A DNA stretch of 47,987 bases from Telmatospirillum sp. GTDB lineage: Bacteria > Pseudomonadota > Alphaproteobacteria > Rhodospirillales > Magnetospirillaceae. Under the pieces are notes generated by a model that had not been told where the DNA came from, searched no databases, and worked only from the letters and a program-made list of their open reading frames with translations. The position numbers were made by a program, and so were the translations under genes. Within the stretch, counting starts at the first letter, position 1. Every line of letters begins with the position of its first letter. The DNA lies in contig DATNIV010000500.1 in assembly GCA_035604255.1 (NCBI GenBank), positions 1 through 47,987 on the forward strand. Direction: 5' to 3'. Shown here piece by piece: positions 19,774-30,117 of this stretch.

Positions 19774-20042
19774 AGGTGGTGCGGCGTCATGCGGAGGGGC
19801 CCGTCTTCGCCGCCGCCGCCGTCTCGAGGACGATGTCGGAGTCCCGCCAGAAGGCATTTCGTCGCAGCTTGCGCGGAAAAATGCTCTACATCGGTTGGTT
19901 GCGTTACTATGCCGCTTGGACTGGGTGGCTCGCGGTCTTCTTTGCGGCGTTGCTTTCCTTCCGCCGATCCCGCACTCTCAACCTGGGAGTTGGTAGTGCG
20001 TAACGCTTGTTCCCTCTGTTCACATTCGACGGGACGTCGCCC

Positions 20043-21731
20043 ATGGCAATCGTTGGAACGACACGGCTGACGGTTCGCGCACGCGTGGCTCTGGTAACGC
20101 TGCTCAACACCATTCTTCTCGGCTGTTCCGTTGCCGTCATCAGTGTCATCATTCTTAACCGAGATGCCGACAAAAGCGCTCACGAAGCGATCGACCGCAA
20201 CATGCGGGTGGCTTGGCACGAGCTTCTGGCCCGTGGCCAGACCTTTCGGATCGTCGACGGCAAAATGCTGGCCGACAGCACGGTGCTCAACGAGAACTAC
20301 CCGATCGTCGACAAAGTGGCGGAACTGGTGGGGGGCACCGCCACCATATTCATGGGAGACACCCGAGTCGCCACCAACGTCAAGAAGAACGATGGGAATC
20401 GGGCCATCGGCACCAAGCTGGCCAAGAACGCCGCTTATGACTCCGTGTTTGGCCAAGGCAAACCGTTCCGGGGGATCGTCGACATTCTCGGCACCCCCTA
20501 CGTCACCGGCTATGACCCGATCTTCGATGGTCGCCATGAGGTGATCGGGATTCTCTATGTTGGCATTCCGACGTCCGAGTTTTTCAAATCGGCGGATTCC
20601 ATGATTGTTTGGACGATCGGCACGATTGCCGTGTTCGGTATCGCCGGTTTTGCCGCCGCCTTTGTCCTGGCCGGGATCAGTATCGTGCGCCCGCTCAATG
20701 CGATCAGCGAGGGGATGCACGCCGTGGCCTCGGGGGATCTCGACCGGCCACTGAATCTGGGGCATCGCGAGGATGCCATCGGAAAAATGGGTGAAGCTCT
20801 GAGTGTTTTCCGCAACAACGCCATCGAGAACCGCAGTCTGCGCGCCCATCAGGAAGACGAAGCCCGGCGGGCGGCGGTCGACCGGCGCCAAGCGCTGAAC
20901 GCCATGGCGGACCGCTTCGAGGGCGAGGTCATGAACACGGTCGAGGCCGTTACCGGTTCCGCCACCGGACTGCGGGGATCCGCCGAAGCCTTGTCGGTGG
21001 CTGGCCAGCAGGCTTGGGCGCAAATCACCCGAGTCAGCGGTCAAGCTCAAGAGGCGACGTCAAGCGTGGAGACGATTGTCTCTTCGGTCGAGGCCATGGC
21101 GTCCTCAATTTCCGGAATCGGCCAGCAGGTGGAGCAGGCCGCGCAAATTTCCAAGACGGCTTCGGATGAAACCGTGCGGACCAACGAACTGGTCAGGGCG
21201 TTGGCGAACTCCGCCGAGCGAATCGGCGAAGTGGTTCAATTGATCAATGTTATCGCCAATCAGACCAATCTCTTGGCATTGAATGCGACGATCGAGGCCG
21301 CGCGCGCTGGAGATGCTGGGAAAGGCTTTGCCGTGGTCGCCAATGAGGTCAAGAACCTGGCCAACCAGACGGCGAAAGCGACCGGGGAGATCGGTGCCCA
21401 GATCGCTGCGGTGCAGCAAGATACGCATCGGGCCGTCGAGGCCATCCAGGGCATCGGAACGGTTATCGAGCGCATTCGCGACATATCCTCGGACATTGCC
21501 TCGGCTGTCGAGGTGCAAGGGGCGGCCAGCCATGACATCGTTCGCAATGTCCAGTATACCGCTCGCTTTACCCACGAGGTCTCGGACGCGATCGGTGATA
21601 TCGCCAAGGTGGCGACCAGCACCGGCGAAGCGTCGAATCAGGCACTGACGTCGGCTATCGAACTGGCGAAGAACTCCGATCGCCTGCGCGACGAAGTCGT
21701 CGGTTTCCTGACAGTGGTGCGCAAAGGGTAA
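20043..21731 (+). CDS. Methyl-accepting chemotaxis protein (Cache, HAMP, MA domains)
   Basis: [17 protein letters not shown]ache segment, two TMs, [34 protein letters not shown]. Confidence 0.95.
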   Translation: MAIVGTTRLTVRARVALVTLLNTILLGCSVAVISVIILNRDADKSAHEAIDRNMRVAWHELLARGQTFRIVDGKMLADSTVLNENYPIVDKVAELVGGTATIFMGDTRVATNVKKNDGNRAIGTKLAKNAAYDSVFGQGKPFRGIVDILGTPYVTGYDPIFDGRHEVIGILYVGIPTSEFFKSADSMIVWTIGTIAVFGIAGFAAAFVLAGISIVRPLNAISEGMHAVASGDLDRPLNLGHREDAIGKMGEALSVFRNNAIENRSLRAHQEDEARRAAVDRRQALNAMADRFEGEVMNTVEAVTGSATGLRGSAEALSVAGQQAWAQITRVSGQAQEATSSVETIVSSVEAMASSISGIGQQVEQAAQISKTASDETVRTNELVRALANSAERIGEVVQLINVIANQTNLLALNATIEAARAGDAGKGFAVVANEVKNLANQTAKATGEIGAQIAAVQQDTHRAVEAIQGIGTVIERIRDISSDIASAVEVQGAASHDIVRNVQYTARFTHEVSDAIGDIAKVATSTGEASNQALTSAIELAKNSDRLRDEVVGFLTVVRKG

Positions 21732-21762
21732 ATCGCCCGATTGGCGGGAGATGCGACTGGCT

Positions 21763-22686
21763 CTACGTCTTCGCCCGGTTCGCCACCAGCATCGATTCCA
21801 AGATCTGATCGGATATTTCTTTGACCGATCCAGGCGCGTGCGACAGAAACAGCGTATTGGTCCTGTCGCTCTCGCCGATGGATTTCAGCGTGTCGAAATA
21901 TTGGGTGACCAGAACCAATTGCATGACATCCGAGGTCGAGGCCCCGTCGACGACTTTTTGAAATTGCTCGATCGAGCCTTGCAGGCCTTCGATGATGGCG
22001 CGCCGTTGATTGGCGATGCCCTGGCCTTGCAGGGCTTTGCTTTCGGCTTCGGCTTCGGCCTTCTTGACCACCAGGATCTTTTCGGCTTCGCCGCGGGCGG
22101 CGGCGGCGACCTGTTCGCGTTGCGCCGCGTTGATATCGTTCATCGCCGACTTCACTTTGGCGTCGGGGACGATATCGGTGACCAGCACATTGACGATTTC
22201 ATAGCCAAATCCGGCCATGTCGGCGTCGAGTTCCTGTTTCACGGCGGCGGCGATCCCGGATTGGCTGGCAAACACTTCGTCCAACGTCATGCCGGGAACA
22301 TGTCCGAGGATCACCTGTTCGACATAGGCTTGGATTTGCTCCACGGGGTTGGACAGCTTGTAGTAGGCGTCATAAACCTTCTCGGGACGCACCCGGTTTT
22401 GCACGGAAATGGGGATGGTGACGAACACGTTGTCCTTGGTTTTCGTCTCCATGGTCAAGGTGATCTGATTGACGCGCAGGCTGACTCTGCCGGCAATCGC
22501 GTCAATGTAGGGCCATTTCCAGTTCAATCCCGGATTGGCGACGCGCAGAAATTTCCCAAATCGGACGATGACGGCAACCTCGGCGGTGCTCACCGTGAAG
22601 AAACTCCCAACGATGATCGAGAGTACGAAGAGCGCGAGAACGGCAAGGGCAAACCAATAAACTATGTTAGTAAAAAATATGTCCAT
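21763..22686 (-). CDS. SPFH/band-7 domain protein
   Basis: N-terminal TM, RFGKF, ETKTKDNVFV, AMNDINAAQR and TQYFDTLK motifs. Confidence 0.92.
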   Translation of the reverse strand: MDIFFTNIVYWFALAVLALFVLSIIVGSFFTVSTAEVAVIVRFGKFLRVANPGLNWKWPYIDAIAGRVSLRVNQITLTMETKTKDNVFVTIPISVQNRVRPEKVYDAYYKLSNPVEQIQAYVEQVILGHVPGMTLDEVFASQSGIAAAVKQELDADMAGFGYEIVNVLVTDIVPDAKVKSAMNDINAAQREQVAAAARGEAEKILVVKKAEAEAESKALQGQGIANQRRAIIEGLQGSIEQFQKVVDGASTSDVMQLVLVTQYFDTLKSIGESDRTNTLFLSHAPGSVKEISDQILESMLVANRAKT

Positions 22687-22727
22687 TATTGTCTCCACTT
22701 TCAACAACTTATATATTTATAGATATA

Positions 22728-22967
22728 TTACTCCAATGAAATGACTATTCTGGAATTTTCGTCGTGTTTTTCAATATCGACGACGGTTCCTATGAAATTT
22801 TCTTTATTTGCGTTGATAATGCTCTCGATATCGATTCCGTCGGCTTCGAGGTCGGCTTTAACTTTTTTTGGCACGAATTTGAAGGCGGTGCTGATCAGGA
22901 ACAGGGGCAGAGTGACGGTGGTCTTCAGTTCTTCCTGAGCATAAATGCGGATTTTCAAGGATGCCAT
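22728..22967 (-). CDS. Small conserved-looking hypothetical protein, AT-rich
   Basis: 79 aa, GGA-containing RBS-like site upstream, co-oriented 41 nt before the SPFH gene. Confidence 0.7.
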   Translation of the reverse strand: MASLKIRIYAQEELKTTVTLPLFLISTAFKFVPKKVKADLEADGIDIESIINANKENFIGTVVDIEKHDENSRIVISLE

Positions 22968-23118
22968 GGTCGGGAGTCCTCATGACTGTGTTCGATTGCA
23001 AGCATTGCGAGCAATTCCTTGAAAGTCAATCTGACGCCGGAAAACATCATGGTGATGTCACCGATCCGGGGCCGTGCGACAATGCCGGTCTCAGACTATT
23101 CACGAATGGACAGTGTCG

Positions 23119-24033
23119 ATGGACCGCTTCGATTGTGATCGGATGTTTGTCGCGGTTTTGGAGACGGGAAGTTTCGCCCGCGCCGCCCGGCGGCTCGGCA
23201 CCAGTTCCGGTCAGGCGTCCAAACTCGTTTCAAAACTCGAGTCCGATTTAGGTGTTCGGCTGCTCAATCGCACGACCCGCGCTTTGTCGCCGACCGAGGT
23301 CGGGCAGGCTTATTTCGAACGGGTCAAGGCGCTGATCGAAGAGTTTGAATCCCTGGATGCCGCGGTTCGCAACGCGTCCGGCGTGGCGACCGGCCGCTTG
23401 CGCCTTTCGGTGCCCTTGTCGTTCGGCACGCGCCAACTGGCGCCGGTGCTGATGGCCTTCGCCAAGGCATTTCCGGACATCCAACTCGATGTGAGTTTTT
23501 CCGACCGTCTGGTCAGTCTGATCGACGAGGGCTTCGATGCGGCGATCCGCGTCGGCAACCCCAACGACACCACGTTGATCGCGCGGCGTCTTTGCGACAT
23601 GCGAGTCGTCGTCGCGGCGTCGGCCGATTATGTGAAGCAGCGCGGCGCGCCCGGCGCGCCGGTCGACCTCGCCCGCCATGACTGCATCATCGACACCAAT
23701 TTCCGCGAACCCTACCTCTGGCGATTCCGGGGTGGCACGGAGTCCGCCGAGACCACGGTTTCGGTGAGCGGCCGCTTGCGATTTTCCAATGCGGAGGCCT
23801 GCCTGGCGGCGGCGGAAGCCGGATTGGGCATCGCGCGCATTCCGAGTTTTCTGGCCGGGCCGCGCTTTCGAACCGGCGACGTCGTCCCGTTGCTCCAAGA
23901 CTGGGAGGACCGGCCGCTCGGCGTTCATGTCCTCTATCCCCCCGGCCGCCATTTGGCGCACAAAGTCCGCGTGCTCGTCGACTTCCTGGCCGCGCAATTT
24001 CGCGGCGAACCGTCTTGGGACCGCGGATGGTGA
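23119..24033 (+). CDS. LysR family regulator (CrgA-like)
   Basis: GSFARAARRL...LESDLGVRLLNRTTR helix-turn-helix and LIDEGFDAAIR. Confidence 0.95.
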   Translation: MDRFDCDRMFVAVLETGSFARAARRLGTSSGQASKLVSKLESDLGVRLLNRTTRALSPTEVGQAYFERVKALIEEFESLDAAVRNASGVATGRLRLSVPLSFGTRQLAPVLMAFAKAFPDIQLDVSFSDRLVSLIDEGFDAAIRVGNPNDTTLIARRLCDMRVVVAASADYVKQRGAPGAPVDLARHDCIIDTNFREPYLWRFRGGTESAETTVSVSGRLRFSNAEACLAAAEAGLGIARIPSFLAGPRFRTGDVVPLLQDWEDRPLGVHVLYPPGRHLAHKVRVLVDFLAAQFRGEPSWDRGW

Positions 24034-24049
24034 CAAAGTCCGCTATTCA

Positions 24050-24062
24050 TTCCAATTTGGAA
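24050..24062. promoter_or_regulatory. Candidate LysR box (T-N11-A)
   Basis: TTCCAATTTGGAA palindrome about 95 nt upstream of the DoxX start. Confidence 0.5.
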
Positions 24063-24158
24063 GCAAAGAACGCGAAATTCTCCGGATAATCATTTTTCGC
24101 GAAAGAGCTCATCGTCTTGTCAGAGGCGAGCGATCGCCTATCAGACAAGGAGACCATC

Positions 24159-24575
24159 ATGATCGATCATCGTACGGCACCTTACGGTGCTTTTATCCTC
24201 CGTCTTTCCCTGGGCGTTCTTTTCCTGGCGCATGCCGCGCTCAAGATCTTCGTCTTCACGCCAGCCGGAACGGCGCAATTTTTCGGTTCGCTCGGTTTGC
24301 CGCCGATCCTCGGCTATGTCGCAATCGTCTGGGAAGTGGTGGGCGCCGTGGCCCTCGTTCTCGGCGTCTGGTCGCGCGTCGCGGCTGTCGCCCTGATCCC
24401 CATCCTGGTGGGCGCGATCGCCACGGTGCATGGTCCGGCCGGGTTCTTCTTCACCAATGCCAAGGGCGGTTGGGAGTATCCGGCGTTCTGGATCGTCGGT
24501 CTGGTGGTTCAGGCTTTGATCGGCGATGGCGCTTTCGCTCTGCGTCCGACGCCCCTCTCCGGCCGCCGGGCATAG
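24159..24575 (+). CDS. DoxX family membrane protein
   Basis: LRLSLGVLFLAH...K, GTAQFFGSLGLP, GGWEYP and GDGAFAL motifs; AAGGAG RBS. Confidence 0.92.
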   Translation: MIDHRTAPYGAFILRLSLGVLFLAHAALKIFVFTPAGTAQFFGSLGLPPILGYVAIVWEVVGAVALVLGVWSRVAAVALIPILVGAIATVHGPAGFFFTNAKGGWEYPAFWIVGLVVQALIGDGAFALRPTPLSGRRA

Positions 24576-24624
24576 GGCGCGTCCCTATGCCCTCGTCCCA
24601 TTCTTGCCGAGAAGGCGTGAGTCC

Positions 24625-25527
24625 ATGCTTGTGAACGGACAATGGTCTGCCGACTGGCATCCCCTGCAGGCGACGGACGACAAGGGTGGCTTCGTCCGTC
24701 AGCTCTCCAGCTTCCGCCATTGGATCACGCCCGACGGCGCGCCGGGTCCGAGCGGAGCGGGAGGCTTCAAGGCCGAGGCCGACCGCTATCATCTCTATGT
24801 CGCGCTGATCTGTCCCTGGGCCTCCCGCACATTGATCGCGCGCCGGCTGAAAGGGTTGGACAAGATCATCTCCGTGTCGGTCGTCGAACCGGAACTGACG
24901 GCTCAGGGATGGCGTTTCGGCGAGAAGCCGGGTGACGCGGTGAACGGCGCCATCCATCTGCATGAGCTTTATACGAAAGCCGATCGGCGTTACAGCGGAC
25001 GGGCGACCGTACCGGTTCTGTGGGACAAGGCTCGCCGGACCATCGTCAACAATGAATCGGCCGATATTCTGCGGATGTTCAATTCCGCTTTTCAGACGTT
25101 GGTTCCGTCATCGCTCGATCTTTACCCGGAGGATCTGCGGGCGGCGATCGATGCGTTGAACACGCAACTCTACGGGCGTTTGAACAACGGGGTCTATCGG
25201 GCCGGCTTCGCTGTCACCCAACAGGCGCATGACGAGGCCGTCGCCGATGTCTTCGGCATGCTCGACGATTTGGAAGGCCGGTTGTCGAGCGGCCCTTATC
25301 TGTTCGGCGCGCGATTGACGGAAGCCGACATTCGCCTGTTCGTCACGCTGGTTCGATTTGACGTCGCCTATTACGGCCTGTTCCAATGCGATCGGCGGCG
25401 GCTCGCCGATTATCCCAAGCTCAGCGCCTATCTCGCCCATATGCTCGATGTCCCCGGGGTCAGGGAGACGGTCAGCATCGACCATATCAAGCGCGGCTAT
25501 GAGTCGGTCCGCTTGCCGCGCCGGTGA
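24625..25527 (+). CDS. Glutathionyl-hydroquinone reductase (YqjG/GST Xi class)
   Basis: RYHLYVALICPWASRT, TVPVLWDK...IVNNESADI, NNGVYRAGFA and RLFVTLVRFD motifs. Confidence 0.9.
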   Translation: MLVNGQWSADWHPLQATDDKGGFVRQLSSFRHWITPDGAPGPSGAGGFKAEADRYHLYVALICPWASRTLIARRLKGLDKIISVSVVEPELTAQGWRFGEKPGDAVNGAIHLHELYTKADRRYSGRATVPVLWDKARRTIVNNESADILRMFNSAFQTLVPSSLDLYPEDLRAAIDALNTQLYGRLNNGVYRAGFAVTQQAHDEAVADVFGMLDDLEGRLSSGPYLFGARLTEADIRLFVTLVRFDVAYYGLFQCDRRRLADYPKLSAYLAHMLDVPGVRETVSIDHIKRGYESVRLPRR

Positions 25528-25608
25528 TGCCGGAGACCAGGGCTTGATCCGGCGGGCCAACTGCTCTATTCCCCGTTCCTGGCATTTCAATTGGAAAGCG
25601 GGCCTCTC

Positions 25609-27555
25609 ATGTGCGGTTTGGCCGGGTTCATCGATCTTTCGCCGCGTGCCGGGAGCTATGATCTGTCGGCGCAAGGACAGGCGATGGCAGAGACGCTTCG
25701 CTATCGGGGTCCCGATGACCAAGGCGTGTGGACCGATCCGGCGGCCGGCATCGCTTTGGCGCAGCGCCGGTTGTCGATCGTCGATCTGTCGCCGGCCGGC
25801 CACCAGCCGATGGTCTCGGCCTCGGGCCGTTTCGTCATCACCTACAACGGCGAGGTCTATTCCCACCAGGAGATGCGCCCCGCCTTGGAAGCCCGCGGCA
25901 TCTCCTTCCGCGGCCATTCCGACACCGAGGTGATTCTCGAATCCTGCGCGGCCTTCGGAATCGCGGCGACCGTCGAACGGTTGATCGGGATGTTCGCCTT
26001 TGGCCTGTGGGATCGTCAGGACCGCACCCTGACGCTGGTGCGCGACCGGTTGGGGATTAAGCCGCTTTATTGGGCCGCGTTCGGGGATTTGTTTCTCTTC
26101 GGCTCGGAGTTGAAGGCCTTGCGCGCGCATTCCGGCTGGACGGCCGAGATCGACCGCAATGCCGCCGCCGCCTTCCTGCGGCACAATTGCGTGCCGGCCC
26201 CCCATTCGATCTATCAAGGCGTGCAAAAGCTGGAGCCGGGCCGCATCCTGACCTTGCGCCAGAGCGGCGGTCGATTGGCGGCGCCCAGCCTTGAAACCTT
26301 CTGGGACGCGCGCGCCGTGGCCCGCCTGGGTGTTCGCCACCGTCTGGATTTGAGCGACGACGAAGCTGTCGATCGCCTGGAAACATTGCTGGGCGATGCG
26401 ACCGGGCGGCGCATGATCGCCGATGTGCCACTGGGGGCCCTGCTGTCCGGCGGGGTCGATTCGTCGGCCGTGGTTGCCCTGATGCAGGCCCAGAGCGATC
26501 GCCCGGTCAAGACCTTTTCGATCGGCTTCGATGCCGCCGGTTATGACGAGGCGAAGCACGCCAAAGCGGTGGCCGCTCACCTCGGCACCGATCACACCGA
26601 GCTTTATGTGACGCCCGCCGATGCCCTGGCGGTGGTGCCGCGTCTGCCCGAGATGTTCGACGAACCCTTTGCCGATTCCTCGCAGATTCCGACTTTTCTG
26701 GTTTCCGAAATGGCGCGGCGCCATGTCACCGTGGCGCTGTCCGGCGATGGCGGCGATGAATTGTTCGCCGGCTACAACCGGCATGTCTTCGCCGCCGGTT
26801 CCTGGCGGACCTTGCGGCGGTTGCCCGCGCCGCTCCGGCGCTGTGCCGCAGTCCTTTTGTCCTCGATTCCGCAAGCCGGCTGGGATCGTCTGGCGGCTTG
26901 CCTGCCGTCGGGGCGGATTCCGGCGCGGCCGGGCGAAAAATTGCACAAATTGGCCGAGGTGTTGGCCTGTGCCGGCGACGATGCCCTGTACCAGGCTCTG
27001 ATCAGCCACTGGCGGACCCCCGAACGTTTGATCCAGGGCGCCGTCGAACCGAAAGGCGCCGCCTGGGACAAGACGCTCACCGATGATCTGCCCGATGCGG
27101 TCGAGCGGATGCAGTTTCTCGATCAGGTCGGTTATCTGCCGGACGACATCCTGACCAAGGTCGATCGCGCCAGCATGGCGGTGTCGCTGGAGGCCCGCGT
27201 GCCCTTGCTCGATCACCGGGTGGTCGAGTTCGCCTGGTCGCTGCCCGGACATTTCAAAATCCGACAGGGAACCAGCAAATGGATCCTGCGCCAGATGCTC
27301 TATCGGCATGTTCCGCGCGGCCTGATCGAGCGGCCGAAGATGGGATTTGCCATACCGCTGGCCGACTGGTTGCGCGGGCCGCTCCGCGATTGGGCCGAAG
27401 ACCTGCTCGATCCGGCCTCGCTGGCCGCCGGCGGCCTGGTCGCCGCCCCGCCGGTTCGTGCCTTGTGGGCCGAGCATCTGGCCGGACGCGATCGGCAATT
27501 TCCCTTATGGGATGTCCTGATGCTCGAAGCCTGGCGGCGGCGATGGATGGTATGA
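25609..27555 (+). CDS. asnB: Asparagine synthase (glutamine-hydrolysing)-like amidotransferase
   Basis: MCG N-terminus, RRLSIVD, YNGEVY, LLSGGVDSS, SGDGGDELFAGY and KVDRASMAVSLEARVP motifs. Confidence 0.93.
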   Translation: MCGLAGFIDLSPRAGSYDLSAQGQAMAETLRYRGPDDQGVWTDPAAGIALAQRRLSIVDLSPAGHQPMVSASGRFVITYNGEVYSHQEMRPALEARGISFRGHSDTEVILESCAAFGIAATVERLIGMFAFGLWDRQDRTLTLVRDRLGIKPLYWAAFGDLFLFGSELKALRAHSGWTAEIDRNAAAAFLRHNCVPAPHSIYQGVQKLEPGRILTLRQSGGRLAAPSLETFWDARAVARLGVRHRLDLSDDEAVDRLETLLGDATGRRMIADVPLGALLSGGVDSSAVVALMQAQSDRPVKTFSIGFDAAGYDEAKHAKAVAAHLGTDHTELYVTPADALAVVPRLPEMFDEPFADSSQIPTFLVSEMARRHVTVALSGDGGDELFAGYNRHVFAAGSWRTLRRLPAPLRRCAAVLLSSIPQAGWDRLAACLPSGRIPARPGEKLHKLAEVLACAGDDALYQALISHWRTPERLIQGAVEPKGAAWDKTLTDDLPDAVERMQFLDQVGYLPDDILTKVDRASMAVSLEARVPLLDHRVVEFAWSLPGHFKIRQGTSKWILRQMLYRHVPRGLIERPKMGFAIPLADWLRGPLRDWAEDLLDPASLAAGGLVAAPPVRALWAEHLAGRDRQFPLWDVLMLEAWRRRWMV

Positions 27556-29030
27556 CGCAAGACGACAGACGAACGGGGCTAATGATGACCATGCGGCGCA
27601 TTTCCTTGTGCGTCGGCGTGGTGATCGCCCTTTTTATCGCTTTGTTTTCGGGGGGTGTATTCGTGACCTCCCTGTCGGCCCGGTCTCACGCGCTCCAGGC
27701 GGTTCGAGAGGCGGTGGCGACGGGCGTCATCGACCGCGTCGTTGTCCTGCCGTTCAAGCCGGGGACGCCGCTGCATGTCTATGCGCCCCACGATTGCCTG
27801 ATCCTGTCGATGTTGATTCTGCCGCCACTGCCGCAGGATCCCGGGATGGCGGCGGCGGTTACGCCGCTGCAACCGCTTCCGGAAGATCAATTGACAATCC
27901 GCTTTCCGGACTATCCACCCTTCCACCAATGCCAGGATCTCGGTCGCGTCGTCGCGGCTCTCGATGCGGGTGATCCGATGCCGACGACGGCCTATTATCA
28001 CCGCTATCTGCATGGCGATCGGATCTTGGCCGGTCTCGTCCTGGCCATGATGCCGTTTGGCATGGCGAGCGGTGGCCTGCTGCTGATCTGTTGGCTTCTT
28101 CTCGGTCTGTTGGCCGCTGTCGCGGTGCGCGATTGGCGTCGTGGCGCCGATCGTCCCCGAGCGATGGCCTTTGTGGCCGTGAGCGTTTGCTTGGCGCTCT
28201 TTTATGGCCTGCCGGTCTATGGATGGTCGTTTTCCTTCGCGCCGTCCGACATCGTCATTTTCGCATTTCTTCTGGCGAGTTATCGGTTTCCCCTCTGCCG
28301 ATTGCGGCCGGATCGCTTTGTCCTGCTGATGAGCCTGTTCGGGGCCTTAACCGCCGCGTTCGAATTTCTGACGGGGGCTATTCCGAGTGGGCTGTCGGCG
28401 TTGCTGGTGGCCATCGCGCTCGGAGGGGCTCCGGACCGGAAATGCTTGCAGACCCGCCTTTTCGGCGGCGTCTTCTGGTTCAGTGCGACGGTCGTCTTCT
28501 GTTTCGCCGTCAAGATGGCCGTTGTCGCCGCTTTGTGGAGCGGCACCGAACTTTCGGCCTTCGTCGAACAGCTCTCCGCCCGCATGGGGACGAGGGCAAC
28601 CCTGTCGGCCAACGAAATCACGCAACTCTCCGCCTTAGGCATTTCCGCCGACCATGTTCAGACCAGCCGAACGTTGGCGAGCGCCTATGCCTTGGCGAAG
28701 ATCGTCTATTTTGGCTGGATTCTCGCCTTTGGATCGCATGCGGCGGGCGCCGCTGTCGTGCTCGGCGGTCCGTTGCTGGCCGTTGCGCGGGGGTCCCGCG
28801 CGCTCTTTCGGAGGACATCGGCGATCGGCGGTCGGGATCGTCTTCGGGAATGGACGTTTCTCGCCGTGGTCGGTGTCGCCCCCGCCTGGTATGTGGCCTT
28901 TCCCAATCACACCATCGAGCACGCCTTTTTCATGGTCAGACCGATGGTGTGGCCTTTGGCCGTGTTTTTTGCCGGACTCGCTTCGCGATACCGGCAAAAA
29001 TCTGAATCCGCCTCTCTCTCAATGACGTAG
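27552..29030 (+). CDS. Polytopic membrane protein of unknown function (possible GT-C fold)
   Basis: ATGA overlap with the asnB stop. One TM, a large loop ending YYHRYLHG, then about 10 TMs and NHTIEHAFFMVR. Confidence 0.75.
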   Translation: MTQDDRRTGLMMTMRRISLCVGVVIALFIALFSGGVFVTSLSARSHALQAVREAVATGVIDRVVVLPFKPGTPLHVYAPHDCLILSMLILPPLPQDPGMAAAVTPLQPLPEDQLTIRFPDYPPFHQCQDLGRVVAALDAGDPMPTTAYYHRYLHGDRILAGLVLAMMPFGMASGGLLLICWLLLGLLAAVAVRDWRRGADRPRAMAFVAVSVCLALFYGLPVYGWSFSFAPSDIVIFAFLLASYRFPLCRLRPDRFVLLMSLFGALTAAFEFLTGAIPSGLSALLVAIALGGAPDRKCLQTRLFGGVFWFSATVVFCFAVKMAVVAALWSGTELSAFVEQLSARMGTRATLSANEITQLSALGISADHVQTSRTLASAYALAKIVYFGWILAFGSHAAGAAVVLGGPLLAVARGSRALFRRTSAIGGRDRLREWTFLAVVGVAPAWYVAFPNHTIEHAFFMVRPMVWPLAVFFAGLASRYRQKSESASLSMT

Positions 29031-29038
29031 AGCGCGAT
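28966..29038. repeat. Partial copy of the 47124-47262 element inside the 3' end of a CDS
   Basis: 28995-29032 matches 47166-47203 at 34/38, including an identical 18-mer caaaaatctgaatccgcc. Hairpin tttttgccgg...ccggcaaaaa. Confidence 0.8.
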
Positions 29039-30117
29039 CAGTCCATCAGCGATTCGAACCGGGCCGCGGCGGCCTGCCAGGTCCATTGGCCCTGACGCTC
29101 CAGGCTTGTCTCATGAAAGCGCAGCCACAGCGCGTCGTCGCTCAGCAGGCGGATCGCCGCCGTGGCGAAAGCGGCTTGGCCCTTGACGACGAAACCGGTT
29201 TCGCCATCGACCACCCGTTCCCGCATGCAGGCGATGTCCTCGACGACACCGGGCAATCCCATGGCTTGCGGTTCGGCGGCGGCAAAGCAGAAGGTTTCCC
29301 CCGGATCGCCGCGATAGAGAAAGGCGCGGGCCTGTTTGATCTCTTCGACCAATTGGCTTTTGGCCACCGGGCCACGCAAGATCACCCCGTGATCGGCCAA
29401 CTGCGCGGCCTTGTCGAGCATCGGCGCCATGCGTTGGGCATTGGCGGCGCCAAGGCTGCCATAGATGCTGCTGCCGGCGAACACATGCAATTCGGCGCCG
29501 GGAACGCGGGGCCAGATCCGTTCGGCCCAGACGTCCAGCAACCAATCGAGCGAGCGCAACGGATTGGACAGGAAGATGGCGCGGGGCGGCGGAGCGCTGT
29601 CGCGTTTCGCGGTCCCCAGAAACAAAGGCGTGATTCCCAAGGGAATGATTGTGCGGGCCCCGCCGGCGGCCCACTCCGGGTAAGTCGACAAATGGCTGGC
29701 GCCGGAAAACACGATCACCGGCCGATAGCGCAGCAACGGCCACTGATAGCGCAATTTCAGCAGATAATCGGCCGGATTGTGGATCCAGAACACGCGGCGC
29801 CGGGCATTCTTGCAGCGGCCGATCAATTGGTATCCGCGGTTGGCGATATAAAGGTCGGCGGCATCCGGGATGCCCATCGTCCGGCTGGCATCCAAGGGCG
29901 TCCAACGAACACCCTTCCACACCAACGGCGCATGGCAGCGGCAAAACGCCTCGACCCGATGGCCGCGCGCCGCCAGAGCTTCGGCCAATTCGGCGAAAGC
30001 GGTCTCGGCACCGCCCAGCGGCTGTTCATCCTTCATTTTGCCGTCGAAGGAAATGCTGTCGTCGGCCATCACGATGGTGGCTGGATGCAAAGGAATTGAG
30101 GGGGCGGAAAGCGTCAT
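29038..30117 (-). CDS. Glycosyltransferase family 4
   Basis: PLGGAE, SNPLRSL, ETFCFAAAEPQAMGLP and ERVVDGETGF motifs. Start overlaps the gmhB stop. Confidence 0.9.
   Translation of the reverse strand: MTLSAPSIPLHPATIVMADDSISFDGKMKDEQPLGGAETAFAELAEALAARGHRVEAFCRCHAPLVWKGVRWTPLDASRTMGIPDAADLYIANRGYQLIGRCKNARRRVFWIHNPADYLLKLRYQWPLLRYRPVIVFSGASHLSTYPEWAAGGARTIIPLGITPLFLGTAKRDSAPPPRAIFLSNPLRSLDWLLDVWAERIWPRVPGAELHVFAGSSIYGSLGAANAQRMAPMLDKAAQLADHGVILRGPVAKSQLVEEIKQARAFLYRGDPGETFCFAAAEPQAMGLPGVVEDIACMRERVVDGETGFVVKGQAAFATAAIRLLSDDALWLRFHETSLERQGQWTWQAAAARFESLMD

Noticed and set aside
19848..19890. gcatttc...gaaaaatgctcta, a possible remnant of a TAGAG-ended repeat, and a nearby hairpin at about 19971-20000
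   Set aside because: Too short and degenerate to support, and no riboswitch consensus recognised.
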